Source of the DNA: a virus
Length of the DNA: 64,000 nucleotides
Strand: one strand, 5' to 3'
Virus record (IMG/VR): IMGVR_UViG_3300042893_001849
Below are positions 1 through 8,541 of this stretch, one piece after another. Under the pieces are notes generated by a model, which was not told the origin of the DNA, ran no database searches, and saw nothing but the letters and a program-made list of their open reading frames with translations. Position numbers and translations under genes: made by a program. Each line of letters begins with the position of its first letter. Position 1 is the first letter of the stretch.

Positions 1-870
1 AACACCTGTTTCCATCAAATCACCTTCAATGTTGTTTATTCTAACATAATCTAACATTTGATGTAGATTATTCATTCTTTTAAGACCAATCATGGTAACA
101 GCGTCCTCAGGCCAATCTAACCCTTCAAGACGATGCTCATCTATTGGATTATTCATTATCTGTCTTATTACAGACTCCTCAGGAAATGTCCCATTATTAA
201 TCCAGTCGTTGACCAAGGTTGTATTCCCTACCCTACCAATTATAAGGTATTTTAGGAATTCTAATTTTAATTCATTACTCAATATCATATTCTTATTTTT
301 TAAAACTGTTAATCCGTTGTTGTTCGTATAAACTTTATGTAATTCCCAAGATTGTCCAAGTTCTGTGGTAAGAAAATCTTCAACCGCAGTCATAAGCCCT
401 TGTTTTGTTGTTGGGGTTACTTTTACAACATCACTAGCATGATTATAAATAATCTCATCAATTCTACCAAAATGTTCTGTATCGTGTAGAACAATGTATT
501 TTGAAACTTTATTTGAATGTATTTCTAATTCTTTTATTAATTGACTATAAGTGTGAAGCGTATCAATAAAAAGAAGTTCGGTTGGTTCAATTTCTAATTG
601 AAGAACATCTCTTTCTTGGAAAGAATAATTAATCGAATATTCGTTACAAAGATTTATTACTTCGGTAATGTTTGGGTTAGTTACAATATCATAACTAATC
701 ATTTTCTTTGGATTAGAATAAACTAAAGGCCATGTTGATGACACCCATCTAACTCCCATCTCTGTGATGTGAGAACATTCTTTACCTAAATTGTATAGAG
801 TTTCTAAATGTTCGTTAATATCGGAAGTATTATTTTTGTGTAGATTGTATTTTTCTAAAATTTTTTCCAT
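1..870 (-). CDS. SAM-dependent methyltransferase, partial; the C-terminus runs off the window start. It has tandem Methyltransf_24/TylF-like domains.
   Basis: The minus-strand ORF starts with the ATG at 868-870 (MEKILEKYNLHKNNTSDINEHLETLYNLGKECSHITEMGVRWVSSTW, a class I MTase motif I). Near the window start, a second TylF-type motif is read on the minus strand (TMIGLKRMNNLHQMLDYVRINNIEGDLMETGV). Confidence 0.5.
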   Translation of the reverse strand, partial: MEKILEKYNLHKNNTSDINEHLETLYNLGKECSHITEMGVRWVSSTWPLVYSNPKKMISYDIVTNPNITEVINLCNEYSINYSFQERDVLQLEIEPTELLFIDTLHTYSQLIKELEIHSNKVSKYIVLHDTEHFGRIDEIIYNHASDVVKVTPTTKQGLMTAVEDFLTTELGQSWELHKVYTNNNGLTVLKNKNMILSNELKLEFLKYLIIGRVGNTTLVNDWINNGTFPEESVIRQIMNNPIDEHRLEGLDWPEDAVTMIGLKRMNNLHQMLDYVRINNIEGDLMETGV

Positions 871-876
871 AATTAT

Positions 877-1656
877 TTATTTTTTATTTATTTTTGTAAA
901 TTGAGGTTTCCACTTACTTAATTCTTGATTAAATGTTAGATTTTTATGTTCTAATTCTAATAAATGAAATACCTTTCCATCAGGAGTACAATCTCGTGAA
1001 CCACCTTTTTCAACTGTAGTACTACGTTCAAAATGGATTATTGGTGAGTTAAAAATATATGCTCCTTTATAATTTGAACTATATAATTTTGAATAAATAT
1101 AATCATCACCATAGAAAAAAGTTAAATCTTTTGGGATTTGACTATAAAAAGATTTCCTAAAGGTTATATCCCATCCTTGTCTATAAGGTTGTTCCATAAT
1201 TTGATATTCCAATAAATCAGACCAACATGAATAATTTAAATTATTGGTTACATGATTTACAAAACCAACTAAAGGCTCTTTTTCTAATACTGAAATTGAT
1301 GTTGATAGAAAATTAGGAGGTAACCTAACATCATTATTTAATAAACATAAAAAATCTGTTGATGAGGTATTAACAAATTCATTCCATAGGTGATTTAGAG
1401 GACGATTATACCCTGTGTGTATTATTTCCAAAAAATTTATTTTACCATTAAATTCACCATTATTGTATTGTAAAAAAAAATTATTGAAAAAGTCATTAGT
1501 ACCTTCTTCCAAACTATTTTGGTCAACTAACCTTAAATTAAATTCTACATCTTGATTTAATAAATCTTCAATACACTGTTTTGTGTATAATAGATTATTA
1601 AGGTTAACTACGAGTACTGAAATTTTAACAGACATATTTTTTTTTAATAAAATCAT
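877..1656 (-). CDS. Family-2 glycosyltransferase (GT-A fold).
   Basis: N-terminal ISVLVVNLNN...CIEDLLNQ followed by LNNDV and GDDYIY acidic motifs, typical of GT2. Contains an A9 homopolymer at 1472-1480. Confidence 0.5.
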   Translation of the reverse strand: MILLKKNMSVKISVLVVNLNNLLYTKQCIEDLLNQDVEFNLRLVDQNSLEEGTNDFFNNFFLQYNNGEFNGKINFLEIIHTGYNRPLNHLWNEFVNTSSTDFLCLLNNDVRLPPNFLSTSISVLEKEPLVGFVNHVTNNLNYSCWSDLLEYQIMEQPYRQGWDITFRKSFYSQIPKDLTFFYGDDYIYSKLYSSNYKGAYIFNSPIIHFERSTTVEKGGSRDCTPDGKVFHLLELEHKNLTFNQELSKWKPQFTKINKK

Positions 1657-1728
1657 GATTTATTTGGTTTTTGGGCATAACTCATACTTTGTTAAAAAAC
1701 ATAAGTGATTTATTCAATAAAATCTATA

Positions 1729-1911
1729 TTATTTGCGAATGGTGATTTTTTTATCCTCGTTACTTTTATACATTTTTAAAAGTTTTAAAGAATCGTTGTA
1801 ATGTTTTTCTAACCTATCAAGCTCTTCTACAGGTACACAACTCTCACAGGCATTGTTGTATTGCTCTTCAGCTTCTTTAATAATTTTCTCTATCGTTTTG
1901 AGAAGTTTCAT
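1729..1911 (-). CDS. Hypothetical small protein.
   Basis: 60 aa ORF lying in the operon with the GT2 and MTase genes. Confidence 0.35.
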   Translation of the reverse strand: MKLLKTIEKIIKEAEEQYNNACESCVPVEELDRLEKHYNDSLKLLKMYKSNEDKKITIRK

Positions 1912-2009
1912 ATCTCATAAATATACATTATTGGTGTCTTTATTTGTTTTTTAATAAAACTATCTTTTAAAATGTATAAAAAGCCAGAATCTGGTTATTT
2001 ATTATAGAC

Positions 2010-4247
2010 ATGAGCGAACCATACGACATTTATTTATTTGAGGACTGTAACGATTCCACAAACTTATTCAGATTTGAGAATATCCCAGGGACACTAACTG
2101 AAGGATATGTGTATAGTATTGTAGGAGGTACTGGATTTACAGGATTTGCCAAAGTGGTTACATATAATGAAGAAGGTCCTATATACTCAACTAATGGAGT
2201 AATTTTTACGGGAGGAGAAACTCAATGTCCTACACCAACTCCAACACCAACTCCGACAACAACTCCTGAATCTAGCCCAACACCAACTCCGACACCAACC
2301 GAGGAATTAATGCCTATGTTATTTAGTGTACCATCAGGGTGTGGTTATTCAGTATTTTGTTTCTATACTTATTTGCCGTCATTATCGGGTTATAGCGGTA
2401 ACTATACTGAAGGAGCAACATATGCTGGAGCTCCAACTTATTCTGGAGACGGAACAACTGCAGGCGTAATTTATTATAATAGTGGAGTAACGGAAAGTTA
2501 TTGGTGTTTATCTAATACTCTTGGAGGAACTTGTGTTTTACAAGGAGCGACACCATGTTATTCAGATTGTCCTGATATTGCGGCAAATGATTTTTATAGT
2601 GGTGTTTGCCCTACACCTACACCAACTCAAGTTAATTGTTCAACATTTGACTTTAATGCCTATTTTGACTGCGATTGGGAGCCACTTCCAACACCAACAC
2701 CAAGTGTCGCGTGTGATGATATTAACTTTATAGTTGATACTATTGGAGTTACTCCAACACCAACACCTACTGGTGACATTTGTAATGGAGTGGGTATCTC
2801 ATTTGTTATGAGTGGATACACACCAGCAGTTACACCTACAATAACATTAACACCTTCAGTTACATTAACAAATACTGTTCCTGTAGGAGGTCAAGTAACA
2901 TTCCCAATGATAGACGAAACATTTAGTTGTGTATCTGTTAAGGTATTAACAGATTGTCAATCAGGTGATGAATTTTATGTTACAGACGGTCTTTCATTTA
3001 TGGGAGTTCCTGTTGTAATTGGAATGACTATTTTAGTTGAACTTAACGGAGGATACCATTGTGTTAGTTATACTAGAGATGATTCAAACTTCTCATCAAA
3101 TACTGTGGTTGGAGATATCGTACAACTTTATTCGGTTTGTGAATACTGTAGTATTATTCCAACACCAACACCAACTATTACAACAACGCCAACTATTACA
3201 CCAACAAGTTCTCAAACACCAACACCAAGTATTACTGCAACCGCAACATTAACGCCATCGCCAACGTCAACTTTTGGAAGTACTCCACCACCAACACCTA
3301 ATCCAACAAGTACGCCAACACCAACTAATACACCAACACATACAATGACACCAACACCTTCAACAACACCTAATTATGTTTATGTGTATGAAAGTTGTTC
3401 ACCAATATATCCTAACTTGTTACCAACACAAATGATTCAAACACAAAAAGTGACATTTGTGTCTCAACCTGGAGTAATTTTTAAAGACTTACTTAATACT
3501 TGTTGGAACTACATTGGTAGATTTGATTCAACATACATTGCACCACCAACTGTATTACCTGTAACGTATTCAGGAAACTATTTTGATGGCTCACCTTCAA
3601 TAACTTATGCCACTTGCGTATCTTGTGAGGAAACACCAGCTAGATTGGGGGGATGTCAACAATATCAATATTGGAGTGGAACAAGATGTGATAATGACCA
3701 AACAATAATTGTTAAGAGTTGTTATTCTGAGCCTACCCAAATTACAATTAACATATTTGAATTTGGGGTTGCTGGTACGACAACAAGTTATTTAGACTTC
3801 AACGTTAAAGTTGGAGAAATTGCGGTAGGTAATGATGGAACTAATGATTTCTGTATCACAATCAATAGTGAAGTAGGCGTACAAAATGCAAGTTATACTG
3901 TATCAAAACCTTTTGTAAGTACGATTACATCATGTTCTTCTTGTCCGACATATAGAAAATATACTGCAAGGGCTTGTGACGATAGTGAACAAAACGTAAC
4001 AATATATACACCAACAAGTGTTGCACCGTTTGCATTTGCAGGTAGTGATGGAGGAAATATTGTTAGTGTTAGTACAAGTAGTCTTTGTTATACTATTCTA
4101 AATTATGATGGTATTGTAACAGATTATTACATTACACCAAGTACTGCAAAATTTGTAGTTCAAGGATTTGCTGACTGTCAAGTATGTGCTGACGCATATA
4201 CTGCATCAATAAGTGGTGGAGGCGGAGGAGGAGGCGGAGGTTCATAA
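2010..4247 (+). CDS. Cys-rich virion-associated protein with PT repeats (probable tail or fibre component).
   Basis: 745 aa with multiple (TP)n linkers separating Cys-rich globular segments and a Gly9 C-terminus. The nested short ORFs are repeat artefacts. Confidence 0.55.
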   Translation: MSEPYDIYLFEDCNDSTNLFRFENIPGTLTEGYVYSIVGGTGFTGFAKVVTYNEEGPIYSTNGVIFTGGETQCPTPTPTPTPTTTPESSPTPTPTPTEELMPMLFSVPSGCGYSVFCFYTYLPSLSGYSGNYTEGATYAGAPTYSGDGTTAGVIYYNSGVTESYWCLSNTLGGTCVLQGATPCYSDCPDIAANDFYSGVCPTPTPTQVNCSTFDFNAYFDCDWEPLPTPTPSVACDDINFIVDTIGVTPTPTPTGDICNGVGISFVMSGYTPAVTPTITLTPSVTLTNTVPVGGQVTFPMIDETFSCVSVKVLTDCQSGDEFYVTDGLSFMGVPVVIGMTILVELNGGYHCVSYTRDDSNFSSNTVVGDIVQLYSVCEYCSIIPTPTPTITTTPTITPTSSQTPTPSITATATLTPSPTSTFGSTPPPTPNPTSTPTPTNTPTHTMTPTPSTTPNYVYVYESCSPIYPNLLPTQMIQTQKVTFVSQPGVIFKDLLNTCWNYIGRFDSTYIAPPTVLPVTYSGNYFDGSPSITYATCVSCEETPARLGGCQQYQYWSGTRCDNDQTIIVKSCYSEPTQITINIFEFGVAGTTTSYLDFNVKVGEIAVGNDGTNDFCITINSEVGVQNASYTVSKPFVSTITSCSSCPTYRKYTARACDDSEQNVTIYTPTSVAPFAFAGSDGGNIVSVSTSSLCYTILNYDGIVTDYYITPSTAKFVVQGFADCQVCADAYTASISGGGGGGGGGS

Positions 4248-4250
4248 TAT

Positions 4251-4898
4251 ATGAATACTTTTGAAAAAATTGCAGAAAATAATCAATATTTTTTTTATCA
4301 AAGAGGACAGGTAAAAACAAGTAATATTTGGAATCGACCATCTTACAATGTTCTTAAAGAATTTTTAATTGAAATTAAAAACACAACAAACATTCTTGAA
4401 GAATATGAGTTGTATTTGATGGGAGGAGTTTTATATGATTTTAATAAAACATGGGACGTTGATTTTTGTATAACAGGTCCATTGAAAGACCAAAATGTTT
4501 TGGAATCATATATGAATACCATGTATGATTTATCATTAAATAAGTATAAATTTTTAATTGATATACAGTGGCTCGAACAACCACTACCACAAGTTTCCTA
4601 CCAAGAAATCACTTCACCTGAGTTTAACCATTATAGATTAAAATACATTAAAACGTCTTATATCGTAAAACAAATAGGGGAAGAAAAATCAATTAGTGAT
4701 TTAAGAGAAAAAGAAGGTATAACCAAATTAACAGAATTTTTGGTTGAAGGTACACATGAAGAATATCCTGGTAGAAAAGAAAAAATAGTTAATAGAATAT
4801 TGAATAATCCTGATAAAGTATTAAAATCAGTATTTAACGTAAAAACTTTTTTAGAAACAGACGAGGAGTATTTCCTCACTAATACAAATAGATTTTAA
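4251..4898 (+). CDS. Hypothetical protein.
   Basis: 215 aa ORF, tightly packed after the previous gene. Confidence 0.45.
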   Translation: MNTFEKIAENNQYFFYQRGQVKTSNIWNRPSYNVLKEFLIEIKNTTNILEEYELYLMGGVLYDFNKTWDVDFCITGPLKDQNVLESYMNTMYDLSLNKYKFLIDIQWLEQPLPQVSYQEITSPEFNHYRLKYIKTSYIVKQIGEEKSISDLREKEGITKLTEFLVEGTHEEYPGRKEKIVNRILNNPDKVLKSVFNVKTFLETDEEYFLTNTNRF

Positions 4899-4911
4899 AG
4901 TATTTATTAAT

Positions 4912-5130
4912 ATGGCGGTACAAGTAACAATTAATGGTATAACAGGTCAGTCTCCTTATGATGTTTATATATGTCAGTCAAACGGAACAGGGTGTTTTTA
5001 CATTTCAACAACATCTGTGATACCATATGTGTTTGATATACCTGCGCCATATAATAATTCAGTTTCTTATATGTTAAAAGTTATTGATTCAAATAATTGT
5101 ATCATATCGGGAACAACACTCGTACAATAA
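4912..5130 (+). CDS. Small protein with an SprB-like repeat domain.
   Basis: VTINGITGQSPYDVYICQ...YMLKVIDSNNC resembles a degenerate SprB repeat (GGxxPYxY...VxDxNGC). Paralogous to the N-terminus of the next gene. Confidence 0.5.
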   Translation: MAVQVTINGITGQSPYDVYICQSNGTGCFYISTTSVIPYVFDIPAPYNNSVSYMLKVIDSNNCIISGTTLVQ

Positions 5131-5837
5131 TGGGACAACAAGTAACAATAACATCAGTAACCGCAAATACACCTGTAGAAATATACTATTGTGATTCTAT
5201 GAGCGCAAGTTGTGTCTACGTCGCAACAGTTTCAACTTTCCCATTTAGTTTCGATGTTTCAAGTCCTTACGACTTAACAGATTATATAATTCAAATAGTA
5301 GATGTTAATGGATGTATCGATACTGATACAATTCTTATTACACCAACACCGACACCCAGTGTTACACCAACTAATACCATAACTCCAACTAATACTCCAA
5401 CTAATACACAAACACCTACACGAACGCCAACTAATACCATAACTCCAACTACAACAATTACAACAACGCCAACACAAACACAAACACCTACCGCAACACC
5501 TGTTGTTTCAGTTCACGCAATTGGACAAAATTCTTATACATCTTCAGCAAGTACTTGTAATGATGTAATGAGTGTTAACAATCTATATTGTTATATTAAT
5601 CAAGCCAATACAATCCCTGTTATTGGAGTTAAAGTTTATTCTAATTTGTATAACGGAGTTTTATATTCAATATACAATGGAATGAACAAATGGATTCTGA
5701 TGGCTTGGGGAGGGTTCTTTTATTCAGTTCAGATAGACACATCAGGAACGATTATTAACTATGCCATTTGTACTAATTTAATTACACCAACACCAACATT
5801 AACCTCGTCACCAACACCAACACCTACGACCACATAA
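5130..5837 (+). CDS. SprB-like repeat protein with a PT linker (paralog of 4912..5130).
   Basis: Start reassigned to the ATG overlapping the upstream stop (TAATG). MGQQVTITSV...YYCDS...CVYV...IVDVNGC is followed by a long TP repeat. Confidence 0.5.
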   Translation: MGQQVTITSVTANTPVEIYYCDSMSASCVYVATVSTFPFSFDVSSPYDLTDYIIQIVDVNGCIDTDTILITPTPTPSVTPTNTITPTNTPTNTQTPTRTPTNTITPTTTITTTPTQTQTPTATPVVSVHAIGQNSYTSSASTCNDVMSVNNLYCYINQANTIPVIGVKVYSNLYNGVLYSIYNGMNKWILMAWGGFFYSVQIDTSGTIINYAICTNLITPTPTLTSSPTPTPTTT

Positions 5838-5910
5838 CAAATAAACCTATACAAAAAACACTTAAAACCTATAATTATAGGTAATACTAAAAACTAACCA
5901 ACCAAAACAA

Positions 5911-8520
5911 ATGGCGTTATCAACAACTTGTGGAAATTGTTACTCTTATACCTACATAGCAATGGGTTCTGGTACCATTTATTGGACAAACTTTAACGGG
6001 TTTTCCGATTCTGCGTTTGTTAATGCTGGAGGTAGTTATTATATTGCTTGTGCCATTGAAGATACATTAACAGGCGATGGAACATTTAGTCAAGGAGATT
6101 TTTGTGGTAATGTACCATGTCCTCAAGAAACATCCACACCTGCACCAACTACTACACTAACAGCAAGTAATCCAATTACACCAACGCCAACAACAACGTT
6201 AACCACAACTCCAACACAAACAAGAACACCAAATCCAACTCCATCAACAACACCTATTAGGTGTGGAGAAGCTGTTACAACAGGAAGTTATTATTACATT
6301 GACTGTTGTGGTAATTTTATTCAAGGAACTGAAGTAGGTCTATTGGTGACAATGGATTATACTAAAAGAGGTCTATCAAATGGTGTTACATTATTAAATA
6401 ATGTTGCAACAGTTAGTTGTCCTACACCTACTCCAACACAAACTCCAACATACACACCAACAAATACAACAACTCCTACAATAACACCGACAAATACAAC
6501 AACACCAACACTTACAAGAACACCTAATGTAACTCCAACTAACAGCCAAGTTCTTAAATTAAAGAATGAATGTGACGTGTTTACATTATTTGAAATGGGA
6601 GTTCAATGTAAACCAATCTTACAACCAAAAACATCAACATCTTTGGATGGTATTTTGTCGTTAACAATAACGGGAGGTACAAGTCCTTATTCATATTATT
6701 GGAAAGGTGGACAAAGAAATCAAACTTTAGTTGGAGTACGTCAAGGTACTTATGAAGTTGTCGTGGTTGACTATTATGGTGATTATACTGCAAGTACAGT
6801 ATGTTCATTAGTTGCTCCAACACCAACCGCAACACCAACTCAAACAGTTACTCCAACAGTAACACCTTCAGGTATTTGTCCTAAATTATGTTTAATTGCA
6901 ATTTCTTCAACAGAAGCAATCGGACCTTATCAATTTGTTGGTAGTGGTAATAAGAATGGTAAGACAACTTGGACATACAACGGACAACTTAATATTGTTT
7001 GGTCTATTACTAGAAATCGTTGGGAGATTCTTCAATCAGATATGTCTACGCCATACACCCCTAATGGAGGAGGTATATTCGCTAGTACAACAACATCTTA
7101 CTACCCTGATAATGGATGGGCAATTATTGGAGGTACAGTTGCATATTCAGTAACAATGAATCAAGGAGATTGTCCAGCGTCAGTACCATTACAGGCGGTT
7201 GCAACTGTCCAAAATAGTAGTTGTAATTCAACAGTTAATGCTAACGGGTCAATTACTATTTCTGCAAAGTATGGTGTAATTCCTTATTCATATTCTATTG
7301 ATGGTGGAATTACATATCAAAGTAGTAATAGTTTTAATGGATTAAGTCCAAAAACATATAATGTAATAACTCAAGATTACGCGGAAAATGTGATAACTCA
7401 GACAGTTACTGTTGGGTATGACGAATCGCCTGTGACATATCAATTAACAATAAGCGCTAATACGGATAACGTTATAAGTTCTGTACAACCTAATAGCAGT
7501 TCAAGACAAACAACAGTACAGGTAGTGACAACACCTGAATTACCTAATGGAGTTACTATAGAATTTGAATTAGTGTTATCGTCTACAAAAACATATAACG
7601 GACCTGGTACGGGATATATAGGCGAAAATTTCACAGTCAGTCAAGGAGGAGTTGAGATAACACAAACAGCTGCAGAATCGTCAAGCGAAACAGGAACGAG
7701 ACCTAACTGCAGTCCTTCAGAACAAACAATTGTGAGTAGTGCCACCACTTATACATTAGAGATTAGTAATTCATCACCTGTGATAATTGTTGACAACTCA
7801 ACTTTATCAATAACTGACGGACAATATAGTGACAACTGTTTAACAAATTTAAGTCAAGAAATATTTGCGCAATTAGTAACACCACAGATTAAAGGATGTA
7901 GTTGTTGTTTAGTTGTTGCAGATGCACAACGTAATTCAATCAATAGTAATAGTTTGGATTATACACCAAACGCAGAGACACCACCAGAGACAACTCAAGT
8001 ATACTATAGTATCTATGATTGTGTAAACAACGAAGGTTATTACACTCAGGCATATACAAATGGAAAATTTGTAGAACCATTTGAGGCTCCATTCCAAAGA
8101 GTGTACGGGTATATACCTGGTAATCCTGCTAGTACATCGTTTACTGTTCAAGGTAAAACATATACATCTCAATCAACTGCCATATCGGTATATACTAGTG
8201 GATATCAAACGGGATGTCCTTCACCGTACGTACCAGACCCTCCACCACCAGGTCAATCTTATCTTACAGATTTAACAGGATTCGCTAGTGCGTCATCATG
8301 TTGTACAAACGGAAATCCATTTAATACTCCAGTTACTAGTAAGTACATGGCAGCTGAAGATTCAGTGCCTGTTGAAGGGAACTATGTCTATAACGAACCA
8401 GCTTTAGAAACTTTTTATAATGGAGGATTTAACTATCATAAAATGCGTAAAGGAAGTGCTAATTATGCCGTACAAATTGGAGCTATAGGTCAAATTTTAG
8501 ACGTACAAGTATGTTCATAA
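5911..8520 (+). CDS. Large PT-linker structural protein carrying SprB-type repeats (candidate adhesin or receptor-binding protein).
   Basis: GGTSPYSYYWKGG...GTYEVVVVDYYGDYTASTVC and CNSTVNANGSITISAKYGVIPYSYSIDGG...GLSPKTYNVITQDYAENV match the SprB repeat consensus. Several TP/TPT linkers. Confidence 0.6.
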   Translation: MALSTTCGNCYSYTYIAMGSGTIYWTNFNGFSDSAFVNAGGSYYIACAIEDTLTGDGTFSQGDFCGNVPCPQETSTPAPTTTLTASNPITPTPTTTLTTTPTQTRTPNPTPSTTPIRCGEAVTTGSYYYIDCCGNFIQGTEVGLLVTMDYTKRGLSNGVTLLNNVATVSCPTPTPTQTPTYTPTNTTTPTITPTNTTTPTLTRTPNVTPTNSQVLKLKNECDVFTLFEMGVQCKPILQPKTSTSLDGILSLTITGGTSPYSYYWKGGQRNQTLVGVRQGTYEVVVVDYYGDYTASTVCSLVAPTPTATPTQTVTPTVTPSGICPKLCLIAISSTEAIGPYQFVGSGNKNGKTTWTYNGQLNIVWSITRNRWEILQSDMSTPYTPNGGGIFASTTTSYYPDNGWAIIGGTVAYSVTMNQGDCPASVPLQAVATVQNSSCNSTVNANGSITISAKYGVIPYSYSIDGGITYQSSNSFNGLSPKTYNVITQDYAENVITQTVTVGYDESPVTYQLTISANTDNVISSVQPNSSSRQTTVQVVTTPELPNGVTIEFELVLSSTKTYNGPGTGYIGENFTVSQGGVEITQTAAESSSETGTRPNCSPSEQTIVSSATTYTLEISNSSPVIIVDNSTLSITDGQYSDNCLTNLSQEIFAQLVTPQIKGCSCCLVVADAQRNSINSNSLDYTPNAETPPETTQVYYSIYDCVNNEGYYTQAYTNGKFVEPFEAPFQRVYGYIPGNPASTSFTVQGKTYTSQSTAISVYTSGYQTGCPSPYVPDPPPPGQSYLTDLTGFASASSCCTNGNPFNTPVTSKYMAAEDSVPVEGNYVYNEPALETFYNGGFNYHKMRKGSANYAVQIGAIGQILDVQVCS

Positions 8521-8541
8521 CAATTAAAATATTTATAAAAG

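Noticed and set aside
92-331. 79-aa plus-strand ORF in the supplied track.
   Set aside because: It lies wholly antisense to the much longer minus-strand methyltransferase ORF (1..870), which has recognisable motifs. It has no promoter or start context.
4215-4245. Poly-glycine tract as a possible slippage site.
   Set aside because: It is encoded by mixed GGN codons (ggtggaggcggaggaggaggc), not a mononucleotide or perfect trinucleotide repeat, so it is unlikely to be hypermutable.
2521-8275. Many 60-85 aa ORFs nested in, or antisense to, the PT-repeat genes (for example 2521..2733, 3037..3252, 5274..5483, 6581..6838, 7936..8172).
   Set aside because: They are produced by the ACN/CCN repeat composition. 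Their His/Gln/Cys-rich low-complexity translations are typical of out-of-frame reads of TP linkers.
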